64,000 bases of DNA from Lama glama (GCA_028534125.1 CM052817.1:7628001-7692000), one strand, 5' to 3'; positions 13,086 to 26,870 are shown, counted from the stretch's first letter. Numbers and translations: made by a program. The notes: generated by a model from the letters alone, not told the origin.

Positions 13086-13769
13086 CTCGTGTTTTCTAAG
13101 CTTCCTCTCCAAGACTTTTGCCATCTCTATTAATTGTAATACATTAATCACTTTTTCTTTAAATTGCCTCATTTCGAGAAGAAAAATATCCATCTAATCA
13201 ATAAGTCTGACGCTCTGTTTCATATGTTCCTTCCAATGCACATTAAATTTAAACCCTCAGTACTGAAATTAATAGATGTTCGTCCATGTACCACCTGGAA
13301 TCGTCTTGCTTTATAGTTGTCCACCTGTGCACCCCCCACCTTGAAAGCGCTTCGAGCAGGATCGCTCATACAGGCAAGTCACTGCTGCCTGCTCACCACT
13401 AGAGGGAACTGTTGATCTTCTTACTAGCTTCTCGCGGTCCCGCGGGGAACAGCTTCTTCAGGCAGCGGGGTGGCCGTTAATAAAGCCATGGCTGTGTCCT
13501 TTTTCCCTTCCTGGAGTGTAAAATACCTGAACCTGAGGGGACCTTGGTGTGCATCTAGGTCAAGTCTCTGACCTCCCCCTTTCTACACTTGGACCGAGGC
13601 CCGGAGATGAACGGTGCTTTCTTAGGTCATGGGATAAGGCTGTAAGAAAGTCAGTGCTAAAGCCAGGTTTCTTATTTACCCAAACCGGACAGATCAGGAA
13701 TCAAACAAGAGAGTAACTCAAAAGAAATTGCTTTTTAGTGCAAGATCACAGAACTGGGGTTTGCTAGAA

Positions 13770-13960
13770 AATATGAGCACCTGTTGAATGTTTACCATGT
13801 GTCTGGGCTTGAGATTCTTGACTCTTGATTCTTCATTCTTGTCCTGTGAGATAGGAACAATCATTATCCCTGTTCTTCGAATGAGGAAACTAAAGCACAG
13901 AGAAGTTCAGTTACCTGCCCCAGATCACACAGGTAGGAACTGGCAAAGCAGGGGCGGTCA
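13770..13960 (-). mobile_element. MIR SINE
   Basis: cattatccctgttcttcgaatgaggaaactaaagcacagagaagttcagttacctgcccagatcacacag. Confidence 0.9.
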
Positions 13961-14369
13961 TGCAAGACGTGACATGTATCTGCTGACGTGGAGCGAGCTA
14001 ACGCTTCTCTCTGGCACAGTGGCCTTGCTCCAGTTTTCGCTTAGACGAGATGATTTGCCCCAGTCCCTTCAGAGGTACCTCAAGATTCCAGCCTGCTAAG
14101 CAGAGCTGCTTCGGGGTCCAATTTCTTTCTGTTCCCAATGCCTATCTCAATGCTTAGCTCAGAGGACCGGCTCATTAAATGCTAGCTGAGTAAATAAATA
14201 CAGTCCTAATTATGTCACAAACAAATCATTTGCGGAAACAACACACTCATGTCACATCTCATAATTCACAGAGTTTAAGAAAACTCCACAAAAGCTATCA
14301 TTGTCCACTTGGTCTCTCTTAAAAGACTGTGGCGTTGATCCAACCAAATGCTTAATTCTTCCTGATTCC

Positions 14370-14377
<8 letters not shown>

Positions 14378-14401
<24 letters not shown>
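14378..14401. repeat. (CA)n microsatellite
   Basis: Direct observation. Confidence 0.95.
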
Positions 14402-15899
14402 CCCTGCCAGTTTGTAGCACAGTTTTTCAGTCCATAAAACACAGTCATGTCACCGTGTACACAGGCAGGCTCCTAAGCCCACTGCATTGTATCATTTCAT
14501 GAGCCCACATGTCACCGCTTTACAAAACACCTGGAGTCTGTATCATTTATGGCTCAGGGCTGGCCAAGCCCTCATCCTCCCGGTTCATGGAACTTTGAGC
14601 GGGTATAACTTACCACTCCGCAGCACCCTGGGGCTGAGGGAGGGGGAGGGCTCCTGTGCAAAGATGGAAACCATGTTCAAAGAGAAGGGTTTCCTAATGG
14701 AGTTTACAGCTAGCGAAATCTCCTCCCAAGGATTGGACGTCTCTGCAGGGAAAGAAAGCTTCTTCCATGAGGAATCCCTCCAGATTCTCAAACTCCCTGC
14801 TGGAAGATTTGAAGTCATTCAATACAATTCTAGAAGTTTGAGGGGTTGAAATGCCTCTGCCTTGCACCCCTCTAACCCATCGTCCCCATTCTTTTTTTTT
14901 AACTCTGAGTTTTACTGGCGTGCGGTCCCTTTACCACGTCAGTTTCAGGTATTAACGTCGACCCCTTTCGGTGCACAGTTCTGTGGATCGTAACACACAC
15001 GTGGGTTCTTGTAACCCTCGCCATAATCAAGATAGCGCAATGCCATCACCCACCCCCAAACTGATCATTTTTAACAGACGTATCCTCTCCTCTTCCCTGG
15101 CAAACGCTGATTTATTCTCCATCACTACAATTTGGGTTTTCTTGAGATGGTCATATAAATGTCGTCACAGAGCATGTAAATCTGGGGACTGGCTTCTTCC
15201 ACTCGGCATAATGCTTTTGAGATTCATTCACATTGCTTTGTGCCTCCATAATGTATTATTTTTTATTGCTGGAAACGATTCCATTGTATGGATGTACCAC
15301 AGTTTGCTTGTCCATTCACCCACTGGAAGCTATTTGACTTGTTTTCGGTTTGGAGCAGTTGTAAGCAGAGCTGTAGACACTCATATGCAGGTTTCTGTGT
15401 GAACATAAGGTTTCATAACTCTAGGACAAATGCTTAGGAATAGAATTGCTGTGTCATACGATAAGTAAATTTTATCTTTAAAACAAATTGCCAAAGTGTT
15501 TTCCAGAGTGACTACACCATACTGCATTTCTACCAGCAACATATGAGAATTCCAGCTTCCCTGCATCCTCTCCATAGCTTGAGTATTACCTGTATTTATA
15601 AGGTGTTCTAATAGTCATGTACCGTTTTCTCATGGTGATGTTAACTCACAATTCCCTCGTGGCTTATGATATTAATCATCTTTTAATGTGCTTGTCTTCT
15701 GTATATCCCCTTTGGTTAAATGTCAGTGCAAACGTATTGACCACTATTAAATGGGTTTTTATTTTCTTATTGTTGAGTTTTGATTTTATAAATTATGTTC
15801 TGTACAAGTCATTTGTCAGATATGTGATTTTAAAATATTGTTTTCTAGTCTGTGACATGTTTTTCATTCTCTTATCTTTCAAAAAGGAATTTTAAAATC

Positions 15900-16735
15900 T
15901 TCAGTATCTCTAATTATCAAAGAAATGCAAATCAAAACTATAATAAGGTATCACCACACACCAGTCAGAATGACCATCATTAAAAACTCCACAAATGATA
16001 AATGCTGGAGAGGGTGTGGAGGAAAAGGAACCCTCCTACACTGTTGGTATGACTCTTCAGTATGAAGAGTCCCCAAAAATCTTAAAAAAGACTTACTATA
16101 TGATCCAGCAATCCCACTCCTAGGCATATACCCAGAGGGAACTCTAATTCGAAAAGATACATGCACCCCAATGTTCATAGTAGCACAATATACAGTAGCC
16201 AAGACATGGAATGTCCATCAACAGATGACTGGATAAAAAAGCTGTGGTATATTTATACAATGGAATACTACTCAGCCATAAAAAATTAAATAATGCCATC
16301 TGCAGCAACATGGATGGACCTGGAGATCATTGTTCTAAGTGAAGTAAGCCAGAAAGAGAAAGAAGCCTACTGACATCACTCATATGTGGAATCTAAAAAA
16401 CATTTTTTTAAAGACACAAATGAACTTATTTACAGAACAGAAACAGACTCACAGACATAGAAAACAAACTTACGGTTACCAGAGTGGGTGGGCAGGGAAG
16501 CGGGTAGAAAGGGATAAATTGAGAGTTCGAGATTTTCTGATACTATTATATATAAAATAAACAACAATTTTCTTCTGTATAGCACAGAAAACTATATTCA
16601 ACATCTTGTAGTAACCTGCAATGAAAACGAATATGAAAAGGAATATATGTATGTTCATGTATGACTGAAACATCATGTTGTACACTAGAAATTGACACAA
16701 TATTGTAAACGGACTATACTTCAATTTTAAAAAAA
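15900..16735 (+). mobile_element. Younger LINE-1 3' end, 5'-truncated, nested in the old L1M
   Basis: tcagtatctctaattatcaaagaaatgcaaatcaaaac..tatgatccagcaatcccactcctaggcatatacc.., with a 3'UTR highly similar to 567-1462. Degenerate TSD aaaaaggaattttaaaa / aaaaagtaatttaaaa. Confidence 0.95.
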
Positions 16736-19239
16736 GTAATTTAAAAAACATTTTTGATGAAGTTTAATTGATCGCTTTTTAAAAACTATATGAATTGTGC
16801 TTTGGGGATAATAGCTAAGACTCTCCTGCTTAACCCTAGGTCACAGAGATTTTCAAAAATTTTTATTGCTTAATGTTTTACATTTAAATCTGTGCTCCAT
16901 TTTGAGTTCGTATTTGTATGAAGTGTGAGTTTAAGTTGAGGTTCATTATTTCACATGTGGTTGTTCAATTTTCCCCAAAACAATTACTAAAAAGGCTATT
17001 GTTTCTCTATTGAATTGCCTTTGCATCTTTGTCAAAAATCAATTGGCTGTGTGTGTGCCTACTTACAGATTCTCTCCTGTTCCCTTGATTTATATATCAG
17101 TCCCTTCAATCCACAAGGTCACAGTCAGTACAGCTTTACAGTAAGTCTTAAAATCCATTATTAAGAGTACTCTAACTTCATTCTTCCATTTTCACAATTC
17201 TTGTTCATCAGCCTCTCTAAAAAATAATTTTAGAAACATCAAGAATATCACCACCTCTAAATTATTTTGTGCATGCTCTTTATAGGCTTAAGGAAGCTCC
17301 CTTCTATTCTCAGTTGACTGAAAATTTTGATCATGAATGATGCTATATTTTGTTAAATGTTTTTTTCTGCATCTATTGATATGAGCATTTTTTTTCTTTA
17401 GGTTGTTAATATGGTAGATAACATTGATTAATTTCCAAATATGGAATCAGGCTTACACTCCCTGGAAAAATCTCATTTGATAATCATGTATTATTTTTAT
17501 ATATTATTAGATTTGATTTGTTAATGCCTTTTTGGATTTTTTTGTTTATGTACACAAAGGATTTTTTTGTATTATCTTTGTCTGGTTTTCATATCAGATT
17601 AATACCTGCCTCATAAAATTAGTGGTGTTCATTCCTCCTCTGTTTGCTAGAAGGGGTTGTCTAGAACTGGTATTTCTCCTTTGCGGGTTTGGTAGAATTC
17701 TATCTGGAGCTGGAGATTTCTTTTTTTTTTTGAAAAGTTCTTTAATACAAATCTAATTTATTTATAATTATGACACTGGGTTACCTATGTCATGTGGGGT
17801 GAGTTTTGGTACTTGTGGTTTCTGAGGAATAAGTCAGTTTCACCTAAGTTATGGAATTTATGTTCTGTCAAATTCTATAGAATTGTTAATAGAGTCCTTT
17901 ATTATCCTTTTAATATTCATGAGCTCTGTAATGGTGCCTCAGTTTTCATTCTTGATTAGTAAGTTATGTTTTTCTTTTTTGGTCTTCATAGAGATATATC
18001 AACTTTATTGATCTTTTTTTTAAAAAAAAAACAGCTTTTTATCTGATTTTATCTACTGTTTTTTTTCTGTTTAAAATTTCATTGATTTCTGTCCTTTTCT
18101 TTTTTATGTTCTTCTCCTTGTTTGGGTGCGTTTTGCTTGTCTTTTTTTAGTTGTTTAAGATGGGAACTTAGATTATTGATTTGCGATTATTGATTATCTT
18201 CCTTCTTTTCTAATTTTTAAACAGTTAATGCTGTGAATTTTTCTCTGTGAACTACTTTAACTACGTCCGACAAGTTTTGGTAAAATTGTATTTTTATTTT
18301 TATTCGATTCAAAATATTGCCTTAATTACTTTGGGACTTCTTCTCTGACCATGGATTATTTAGAAGAACATTGTTTAATTTTTAAATGTTTAGAAAGTCA
18401 TATAATCTCTGCTATTAAGTTCTAGTTTAATCTACCATGGTGAAAGAAGAAACTTTGTATGATTTCAGGTATTTTGAATTCTCAAAATACTTTGTTTTGC
18501 AACCCAAGATATGTACTACCTTGGTGAATGTTCTGTGTCTACTTGAAGAGAATATATATTCTTCTGTTTTGGGTTAGAGAGTTCTATGAGCATTAAAAAA
18601 AAAAAAAAGACCCAGAACGCCAATATCAGTACTGATGCTCTTATTCAGTTAGTCTATATCCTGGTTGACTTTTTGTCCGCTAACTCTGTTGATTACTAAA
18701 AGCAGAGGTTGATTTATGGGAAGAATAGTTATATACCCAAATATAATTGTGGCTATGTATACTTTTCCTTTCAGTTCTGTCAAATTTTATTTCTGAAAAT
18801 TTGCATCTCTGTTGTAAGGACCTTTTTCACACATTCAAGATTTTTGTCTTTTTGGTGAATTTACTTTGTTTTCATTATGTAGTGTCTCACTTTATCACTG
18901 ACAGTGTTTGCTCTGAAGCTTATTTTTTCTGATATCGATATAGCTAGATATTAGCTCTTTCTTTTAATTTTTGCATGGCATATCTTCCCCTTCTTCCATT
19001 TTTATCTCACCTTTATTATTATGTTTGAAGTGAACTTTATATAAACCGAATATGGTGGTTGTTTCTTTGTCTGCCAAACTTTCTTTAATGATTATTTTAA
19101 AGTAGGCTTGCTGGCAACAAATTCTCTTAGTCCTACTTCATTGGAAGATGACTTAATTTCACATCATTTCTGCATTTCATCATCATTTTCACTTGATAGA
19201 GGATTCTGGGTTAACTATTATTCTCTTCCAACCTTTTAA

Positions 19240-19405
19240 TTTTTTGGTTTATTTTTATATTGTTTATTTATTTATTAATTTTGGTGAGGGGAGGTAATTA
19301 GCTTTGTTTGTTTTTTGTTTGTTTTTTGGAGGAGGCACAGGGGACTGAACCCAGGACATCGTGCATGCTAAGCATGTGCTCTACTGCTTGAGCTATACCT
19401 TCCCC
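19240..19405 (-). mobile_element. Camelid tRNA-derived SINE (vic-1 type)
   Basis: Reverse complement ggggaaggtatagctcaagcagtagagcacatgcttagcatgcacgatgtcctgggttcagtcccc (A/B boxes) plus A-rich tail. 17-bp TSD ctcttccaaccttttaa (19223-19239) / ctctttcaaccttttaa (19406-19422). Confidence 0.92.
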
Positions 19406-20461
19406 CTCTTTCAACCTTTTAAAAGTGTTGTTTTGCTTCGTCCTGGTCTCTGAACTTTCTGATGAAAAATTTGTAGCTGTTGAAATTATTTCCCTAAGTA
19501 GTGCATCATTTTTCTGTGTCTTCAAAATTTATTTCTTCGCTTTTCATCTCCAGGAGCTTGATTATCATGCGTCTGAGTGTGGACTTCTTTGGTTTCTTGT
19601 TGTTGTTATTTGGTTTTTTGTTTGTTTGTTTATTTGTTTGAGATTTGCTCAACTTTTGTATCTGTAAGTTTATGGTTTTGCCAGATTCTAGAAGTTTCTA
19701 CCTTTATGTCTTCAAATATTTCTTCTGCACACTATTTCTCATCTCCTGAAGCTTTTAGCCCATAAATTTCACATATTTTGGTATTGTACCACAGGTCCCT
19801 GAGAAACTGTTCATTTTTTTAAAAAAAAATCTTTCTTTCCTGTGCTCCTCACATTGAAAAATTTCTATTGCTCTACTTCAGGTTTATCGATTCCTTCCTC
19901 TGTCCCCTCCATTCTGCTTTTGAGCCTATTCTACACTTTTACTTTGGTTAATAAGCTTTCCTGTTTTAAATTTCCATTTGGCTCTTCTTTGTATCTTTTA
20001 TTTCTTTGCTGAGACTTTTTACCTTCCCACTTGTTTCACGAGTGTTCAAGGTGAACTTGGTGAAGCATTTTCAACATAGCCGCTTTAAAGCCTGCCAGAC
20101 ACTTCCAACAACTACTTTAGCATCTGTTGACCCCCTGGTGCCCTGTGAGCTGATGTTGTCTTTCTTTTTCTTATATTAAGTAATTGGTGGGAGGTGGTAT
20201 TCTGAATATTTTAAATATTATGTTGTAATTGCTGGATTTTATTTAAATCATATGAAAATTTAAAATATTTTTTGTTTTAGCATGTCTATGCATACATAGC
20301 TTGGAATGTGCCCAGGAGTTCACAAACAAGAGTTAGAGTCGTTTTCTGGAACTGTTCCTCTCTGAAATCTTCTCAGAACTTCCTGTAGCTCCCCTTGTCG
20401 GTCCTCCAGCCTCACAGCTGAGGCTTTATCTACTCTGCTCTCCTACAGTAGTTTGACAGGC

Positions 20462-20590
20462 GCGGTGTCCCAGGTTCAATCCCTAGCACCTCTTCCAAAT
20501 AGAAATGAAAGAATAAATCCAATTACCACCCTCTCCCCATAAAACAAACAAAACAAGCCAAACTTGTGCTTTGATATTAAAAAAAAAAAT
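20462..20590 (+). mobile_element. Partial camelid tRNA-derived SINE
   Basis: B box ggttcaatccctagcacctc, then aattaccaccctctcccc..aaaacaaac and poly-A; similar to the 19240-19405 element. Confidence 0.75.
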
Positions 20591-21769
20591 GTGGCAACTC
20601 ACATGTCTGGGGTCAAGATGTGAAGGACAGAAAGAGAGAATAAAAAATGAGGTTTCCTCTACCTTCTTGGAAGCATATCTTGTCTGACCAAAAAGGCAGA
20701 TTCCACTTCTTCAGAATTTTAGGTGTTTGCTGCCATATGAGAGAATTAATATTTTTAATGGAGTGTTTAGCCCATTCTTTCTGGCCGTCAAGAAGTTAGT
20801 TTTCAGTACTTGAGCCAGATCAAGAGTGCTTCTCCTGGAGTTCTCTCTGCCCACACCACTCCCCACTTCCAAGTCCCGAGCTGTGTTGTATAGCTGTGCG
20901 TGGCTGGGGGATAGCAGAGTGAAAAGTAATTTAAAAAAAAAAAAAAACTCACTGATGGTTCAGTGGTACTTTGAATTCTGGTCTTCTCCCTCAGACTTCT
21001 GCACCTATTTAATTCTTAGAGTCTGAGGAGAAACAAAAACAAAAACAAACAAACAAAAAACCCCCAAAACTTCCCCATGCATTCTGTCCAGGTTCCATAG
21101 CTGCATTCCACGGGATAGCAAGTGTGGAGTATGCTGACTCCATCTTATCTGTATCTGAAACTCTTGCATTGCTTTTAAAAAAAATACTTCCTGTAAGGCC
21201 TTTCAAAATGTCCTTCTATATCTAGCCTTTGCTTACTTCTCTAGCCCTTATCCTTACAGAATTTCAGTCAAATCAAGCTGCTTGCTCTTTCCTACATTAT
21301 TGCCATATTGCACAAATCCAGATACACAGAATAAAATGCTAACAGGACTTCTTGAAATTGTGAAGCACAGAAGCCATACAATTTCATCAAGTTTTGACGC
21401 TTGTCCTCCCTCATCCTTGTTTGTCTGGTTAACTCCTTAGACTTTAAGACTTAGATCAAGCTTGAGGCTGAGTTAGGTGTTAATCTTCTGTTTACACTCT
21501 CAGTGCTCTGGACTGACTGCTTAAGAATGCTTATCTGATTAGCTGTGATTTCTTGTAAGGAATGTTTTTTTTTTTTTTAATCTGTGTATTTCTAGTATCT
21601 AGAAGAAAGTGGGTGTTTCATAAATGTCTGTTGAATAAATGAAGAAAAAAGAAAGGAATGAAAATTTATTGAGTGCTCACTTTATAAATATTTTTCTTAT
21701 GTAATCTGCACAATCTTAAAAGAACGTAATTGTATTAGACATGTTTTGCAAGTGACTGTCCTTCACATT

Positions 21770-22680
21770 TCCTGTCCATAAACCTTGTGAAAGGTGAATT
21801 GCCCTAACCCACAGCCTCTGCTGTCACAGACAATTGGATCAGGGTGGGCATTTGCTCAAGTTCAGCTTACCCAGAGGCTGACTAGCATCCTATGGCTGGA
21901 AAGAAAAGTATGAGCTAAGCCAATCATCATTAGCTTTCAAGAATTCTGGAATTAGGAAACTGAGAGAATGTAGCCAGCTGGAGCCAAAAGGCCACATACA
22001 GTTGGGATTAGGGTGACAAGAAGGGTTTTGTCCAACCTGATCAAATCAAAGAAATTATTTTATAAGGAGGAGACAGTGAGTACATATAGAAAAACAAGAC
22101 ACTTTGGGACCTTGGGAGAGAGACCCTGATGAGAGAGCAAAAATAAATAAATAAATAAAAACAGAGCGAGACAAAGAGACAGAGAGACAGAGATTATTTC
22201 CTAACTGCTTTCTGTTTACAGCACTCAGTAACTCACTATACACACAAAAATCCTTAAACTTAGATTCTCTTGGGACCCACAGTAGGTATCAGTATCACCA
22301 GCCCCAGAGGATACATTTTATTTTATTTAAGCAAAACACTGTAGACCCTTCCCTTTGCCAGTGATTGGACTAAGCAGGGGAAGCGAATAGAATCCTGGCC
22401 AGTACGTGCGAAAGCTAGTCAGCGGGGGGGACTTCTGGGAAAAGGTTTTCTTTAAACTGAAAAGAGACACTAAAAGGAGATACAGTAATTCCCCTTCTTT
22501 CATGAGAAGTAAAAGTGGGAAAGTGTCAAAACGGACACATGGAAAGGAATTACGTTATTGATGCCGCTGGCTGGCTTAATTTTACCCAAACTGGAGCTGC
22601 CCTGCATCTTCCTGCCTCCTTAGTTTTTAAGCCCCCTGAGGAGCAGCTTGCTATTACTTGCAAAGCATCCTAATAAAAAT
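21770..22680 (+). mobile_element. Old MaLR LTR remnants (MLT1J/K-like, probably two pieces)
   Basis: attggatcagggtgggcat.., gccagtgattggactaagcagggg..ggacttctgggaaaaggttttc..ttacttgcaaagcatcctaat. Confidence 0.55.
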
Positions 22681-23679
22681 AATGCATCCTGCCTTTTCTC
22701 CTATGACTGCAGATCAGCTGCTCCTCTTCAAGCCCACATTCTCCACCCTGCTGCCCAGGCAGAGACTTTGCACTTGAAAATTTCCATTCTCTTTTTTTGC
22801 AAGCTGTTTCTCCCTCTTGACCAACTATGTTTCATCAGCCTATATACACAATTATACTCCCTCTATCTTAAAACGTAACTCTCCCTTGATGCCATTGCCC
22901 CCTGTAGCTCTAACTGCACATGCCTGCTCCCCACCAGAGCAGAACGCTGAAAAGTTGGCTGTCACTGCTGTTTTCAGGGTCATTCGTACCCTCCCCAGAG
23001 GAGGACTCTTCCGAAAATCCACACTGGCCTCTGTGTCCTGCTACCGTAGTTCACCACTAGTTCACTTCTCCTTTTTGTAGAGATAGTTTCTTCTCTTTCC
23101 ATCTACCTTATAACATTGACCTGGTCCTTCTCCCACCTCACTGGCCATTCCTTCTTCCATTTATTCCTTGCTGGCTCCTCCTTCTCTTCATTCAGACTTT
23201 CAGAGGCTCAGAGCCTGAGCCCCTTTCTTGTCTGTGTCCACACAATCTCCCGAGACAAAGGCCATCAGGCACCTAGGCTCAAATGCCATCTAGGGCCGCC
23301 TCCCACTTCACGTTAGCAAGTCCTTCCTGAAAACCAGGAACAAAAATGCTGACTGGGAGGCTATTACCCGTTATTTTAAATAGGAAAAAAAAATTACAAT
23401 GTGTCACGTGTCAATCGCAAGCCCACAACCGATTTTCTAAAACACAATAAAAGGATTGTGTACAAGTAATAAACTATTATGCTAGGACACAAAGTTGTTA
23501 AAGTAGTGGCCCCTGATCAGTAAACCACTAAAATGATGCTGACAGGTAACTGCTCTGTCTTCAGCAGCATGACCTCTCTACTATCTAAGTAACACACTGT
23601 CCAAGTAATGTTCCCATTTGTTAACACTTAGGAAACTTTAAAATATTTGTCTGTTTGTGTGTATCTGCCTCCCAGAACT

Positions 23680-23783
23680 TCCCAGGTACCTCTGACATCT
23701 TCCTACATTCAACTTAAATATCCAACTCCATATGATCTTGTCTCACTTTCTCTTTCTCTGTCTCTCTCTCTCTCCCTTATGCG

Positions 23784-23814
<31 letters not shown>

Positions 23815-24205
23815 AAGCAAGCCTATTTCCCTCCTAATCCTCCCCTAAGTAGCCAAAGTCACCATCATCCAACAAGACGTTTAAAGCAAAAATCTAGGCA
23901 TAATCCCTGATCCCTCTTTCCACTCAATGCCAATATTTGATCTATCAGTCAAGCTTATCAATCTTATACACAAAGCATGTTCTGTATTAACTCCATCTCC
24001 TACTTCCGCTAAAACCTCATAAAATCATGAAGTTGGAACAATAATTTTCACTTATCAGGGTTACGGAAAAAGACTCCAGAGTGATCTCTCCGTGTTGCCT
24101 CTTGCTCCTCTACCACTATGTTTTCCACTGAGCAGCCAGACAATCTAATCTACTTAAAACATTCCAAAGGCTTCCTAATGTTCATAGGATAAAACAAATT
24201 CCCAA
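23680..24205 (+). mobile_element. L2 LINE fragment
   Basis: caccatcatccaa..aatctaggcataatccctgatccctctttcc..gcagccaga..cttaaaacattccaaaggcttcc. Confidence 0.7.
23745..23815. repeat. Compound (CT)n-(GC)n-(CA)n microsatellite
   Basis: Direct observation. Confidence 0.95.
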
Positions 24206-24419
24206 GTCTAAGTGGTGTAGGGGATGGTGTCAGGGAAAGGGGTCCTCTGGCCCCTTCCCTCAGCATCAGTGTTCACCCCACCTCGAGGACCCCAGAGTTG
24301 CTGCTCCGCCCAGGTCCCCAAGATCCCACAGAAGGTGCTGTGAAAATCCTGATTTTCAAAATGAAATGAACATGCAAAAATTATGAAAATGTAAAAAAGT
24401 ATCATAACAATATTATAAC

Positions 24420-24920
24420 ACTCACAACATCAAAAATGTAAAATGCATTGGAATAAATCTAACAAAATGTGCCTAAGAATTTCACAGAGAATATCTGTTA
24501 AACTTATACCAATAAAAAATAATAAATTTACATGGAGATAGAAAACATGACCATAGGTTAAAAGATTACATATAATGAAGATGTCAGAGCTCCTGAAATA
24601 AAGCTATTTTAAATGTAATTATAATAAAAAATCAATAGAAATTTCAACAAAACTTAAAAACTCATCCTAAAATTAATTGGAAAACGTATTGCCAAGATAA
24701 CCAACATGATTTTTTTTTAAAAAGAGGGGAATTGGCAACTAGATATCAATATTTTTTTAAGATGTAGCTATTAAAATATGAGGTAAGAGTGAATGGTTAA
24801 ATAGATCAGTATTTCACAGCCCAGTAACAGGTGTGTAGGTATGTTGTATGTGTGCAAATATGTAATTGGACATATAACAGACAGCTGAACATTGGTATTT
24901 AATAGGGCATTAAACACATT
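24420..24920 (+). mobile_element. Ancient L1M ORF2 fragment
   Basis: ggaataaatctaacaaaatgtgc..aagatgtca..aaaatcaatagaaattt..actcatcctaaaatt. Confidence 0.75.
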
Positions 24921-25426
24921 TTTATTTACTTATAGACTGATTGATTAACTGAATAAATGAGCAGGGAAGATCATCGTTATGTTCATTGTGGCTCATCTAG
25001 ACCACTCCACCTAACTGGAGCTCCAGGATAGCTACCCAATTTAACATTCCTTCTTTAGAAGGAAGGAAACAAAATATCTAGATGAAAGTAGAGCAGGTGA
25101 AAGTTACAAAGAACAAAGACTGACTAAAAGAACTGGATGCTTAAGCGAACAAGGAGAGAGGCTTACAAACCATAGGACACTTGTCCACCGGCATTTCGGC
25201 TGAGCCAGGATCCCTGCCGACAACTGAATGGACGTCGACTTTGTCTCAGTGGGTAATGACGCACATTTTCATAACTGGAGGACATGTAGGGGTTAAGGAA
25301 ATAGCACAGGTTTGGATTCAGACAGTCAGGTTCAAATCACCCTGGCGTGACCTGGGACCAGTCACTAAAGCTGTCTGGGACTTTATTTTTCTTGTCATTA
25401 AATTCAGGATGATCAGAGGCAGCAAA

Positions 25427-25670
25427 ACATAGCAGCAAGAAGTGTGGATTCTGGATCCCACTTCCTGTATTCAAATCCACTCTTAGCTGTGCAAACTTGA
25501 GCAGGTTGTTCAACCTCTCTGAGCCTCAGTTTCATTATCCATAAAACAGAGAAATAAGAGTAACTGTCTCATAGGGTGTTTGGAAAGATGAAATAACAAT
25601 GTATCTAACACACACAGAAGAAGGTCTGTTTCATAGTAACCCTTGAGAGTGGTAACAATAGCAGCAGTAA
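25427..25670 (+). mobile_element. MIR SINE
   Basis: tcaacctctctgagcctcagtttcattatccataaaacag..tcatagggtgtttggaaagatgaaat. Confidence 0.9.
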
Positions 25671-25759
25671 AACCTACTCCAACTGTTGTGATGAGGGGCA
25701 CATAAAAAGATAGATGCGAAGCTTTGGGCACAAGTGCATGAAACAGCTGAAGTGTCCTA

Positions 25760-25965
25760 TCAAGGTGATTTCCCTTCTTTTCCTTAAGCTGTCCACAAAA
25801 GGAACAAATGCCCCTCTAGAGGTGGTGAGTTCCCCATCAGCAGAAGTGTTCAAGCAGAAGTTGGTTAACCACATCTCCAGAATGTTACAGTGATGCATTT
25901 GAGACTAGGTAGAGACCAGGATTAGGCGATCCCTGAGCTTCCCTTCAAATTCAAGGTTCCATGAT
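25760..25965 (+). mobile_element. L3/CR1 3' end
   Basis: ggtggtgagttccccatcagcagaagtgttcaagcagaagttgg..cccttcaaattcaaggttccatga. Confidence 0.75.
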
Positions 25966-26639
25966 TAAGCTGGAACCTTTAGGAAAGTCTGTCAAAAGGG
26001 AATTGTGGGTAACCAAAACTGTCCCGAAATTTCCAGCTCATTTTCCAGGATAAATGCAGCCCCCATCTCCCTACACAGCACACCAAATATTCACACACAC
26101 ACACACACACACAAACACATGCATGTACACAGAGGCATCATTCATATGTCGTAACATAAATCTTTTCACCACAATGACCGCGGTTGTCAGTGAAAGAAAT
26201 ACTCTTGTTCAGTCCAATGCACTTGGGTAGCCCAAATAAACAATGGTATAATACCCGGCATTTATTCAGCACCCTCTGGGGCAAGGGCTCACACTTTATA
26301 CATATTTCTCGTTTATCATGGCCACATTCCTGGGAGACAGGCTGCCCCTCAGAGAGGCAACAGGGTTGGGCTTTCGACTTCAAGCCTGGCTGATGGAGAC
26401 GTTGCTTTCCGCATGTTAGAACGTGCGGTACTTAAATGTCCTTCAGCCTTCCTGGGCCTCGTTAAGTGGCCCTTCGCGACAGACTTCTGATGCCGCCCTG
26501 GGAGTCACAGCGCCTCCGGTCTCCGCTGTAACACATCACCACTGGGCCTTCTACCCTGGTGGGTTGAGAACAGTCAGAAGACTGAATGACAGCTTTGTGC
26601 TGTCTTTCAGCAAGAGCACCCCCTTGAGTGTATTTGGAC

Positions 26640-26870
26640 GCAGCTCTGGAGCAACCAGCAGGAGCTTGGAAGGTCAAGTGAGTCCTAGCCTGTGCCAGTT
26701 ATTAGCTATGTGACCTTAGGAAACGACTTAACCTCTCTTAGCCACTTGACTGAGAAAACAGGCGCCTTAAGACACAACTTGCTAGGCTGCTATGACGCTA
26801 ACATAGAATAAAGCATGTAAGTTCCTTGGCATGGGGTGGAACTTGAATTAAAAGTATCTATTACTTTATA
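26640..26870 (+). mobile_element. MIR SINE
   Basis: ttattagctatgtgaccttaggaaacgacttaacctctct. Confidence 0.8.

Larger units (their letters stand above)
14892..21160 (-). mobile_element. Ancient L1M (L1MB/MC/MD-like), 3' end to 5' end with deletions and nested younger inserts
   Basis: Poly-T at 14892 and an L1M-type 3'UTR; ORF2-like remnants (minus ORF 15381-15575 EMQYGVVTLEN..YDTAILFLSICP); T-rich antisense L1 body; ccatctt (reverse of AAGATGG) at ~21140. Confidence 0.85.

Noticed and set aside
19240..19405. tRNA-Ala-like gene
   Set aside because: It has an A-rich tail and TSDs and no intact cloverleaf, so it is a SINE.
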